A DNA stretch of 64,000 bases from an uncultured Solirubrobacterales bacterium. GTDB taxonomy: Bacteria > Actinomycetota > Thermoleophilia > Solirubrobacterales > 70-9. The translations under genes and the position numbers were made by a program. The DNA is taken from positions 252,018 to 316,017 of the forward strand of contig CAWKGJ010000003.1 in assembly GCA_963849165.1 (NCBI GenBank). Reading direction: 5' to 3'. Below the pieces are notes generated by a model. That model did not search any database. It was given only the letters and a program-made list of their open reading frames with translations, and was not told the origin of the DNA. Shown in pieces: positions 63,666-64,000 of this stretch (position 1 is its first letter; each line of letters opens with the position of its first letter).

Positions 63666-64000
63666 GTGGCCGCCGAGATCCCGATTCCGCCGGTGGACCT
63701 GACCGCTCGCCTGACGCAGGCGCCCAGGACCTGGGCGGAGCGCGAGGCCTATCTGGAGAGGGGACGGCAGAGCGCTCGTGCTGTGGAAGCGGCCCTGCCC
63801 GAGGATTGGGACTGGGACGGCAAGCGTATGCTCGACTTCGGCTGTGGGGCCGGGCGGGTTCTGCGGCACTTTGCCCCTCGGGCGTCAGGGTGCGAGCTCT
63901 GGGGCAGCGACATCAGCGCCCCCTGCATCGAGTGGGATCGCCGGCACCTGAGCCCGCCCGCTTCGTTCGAGCTGCACGGCGAGGCGCCGCCGCTGCCCTT
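63666..64000 (+). CDS. class I SAM-dependent methyltransferase, N-terminal part (3' end outside window)
   Basis: In-frame stop at 63654; GTG 63666 or 63693; motif I MLDFGCGAGR. Confidence 0.6.
   Translation, partial: MAAEIPIPPVDLTARLTQAPRTWAEREAYLERGRQSARAVEAALPEDWDWDGKRMLDFGCGAGRVLRHFAPRASGCELWGSDISAPCIEWDRRHLSPPASFELHGEAPPLP

Overview
High-GC, actinobacterial-type chromosome segment (composition judged by eye). Positions 1-17.4 kb are host genes: a nitrilase-like fragment, an RRE-ThiF/MccB-like adenylating enzyme preceded by a 19-aa Gly-Gly mini-ORF, a cupredoxin, tRNA-Val, a SIMPL protein, DUF2236, a short FtsH paralog, an FHA-LuxR regulator, an MBL-hydrolase/alpha-beta-hydrolase/cfa/DUF1365/FAD-oxidoreductase operon, a FAH hydrolase and a csoR-copA copper module. 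tRNA-Asp(GTC) at 17362-17435 is the attachment site of a ~46.2-kb prophage. The prophage is bounded by a perfect 51-bp direct repeat (17390-17440 / 63596-63646), with xis-int at the right end. Its layout is: early genes (clamp-like, mIHF-like, several HNH nucleases, two DNA methyltransferases), terS, a cell-wall hydrolase, terL, portal-scaffold-capsid, P22-like tail/ejection genes with no recognisable tail tube or tape-measure chaperones, a lysis cassette, a small moron region, and a CI/Cro-type switch. A SAM-methyltransferase gene begins after attR. I consider these the most unusual observations: (1) a perfect 32 x 12-nt in-frame repeat with only two variable nucleotides and 42 GATC sites; (2) an HNH endonuclease gene nested antisense inside an uninterrupted DNA methyltransferase ORF; (3) an HNH gene split exactly in its His-His dipeptide by a 1.2-kb three-regulator cassette flanked by CTGCAC; (4) the Gly-Gly mini-ORF/hairpin/RRE-ThiF pair; (5) TCCGAAC-N4-TCCGAAC sites flanking both att junctions; (6) a GTCTC-N6-GAGAC operator shared by the immunity switch and a moron leader. 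I saw no rRNA, CRISPR array or transposase. All calls come from reading motifs by eye; no database search was run.
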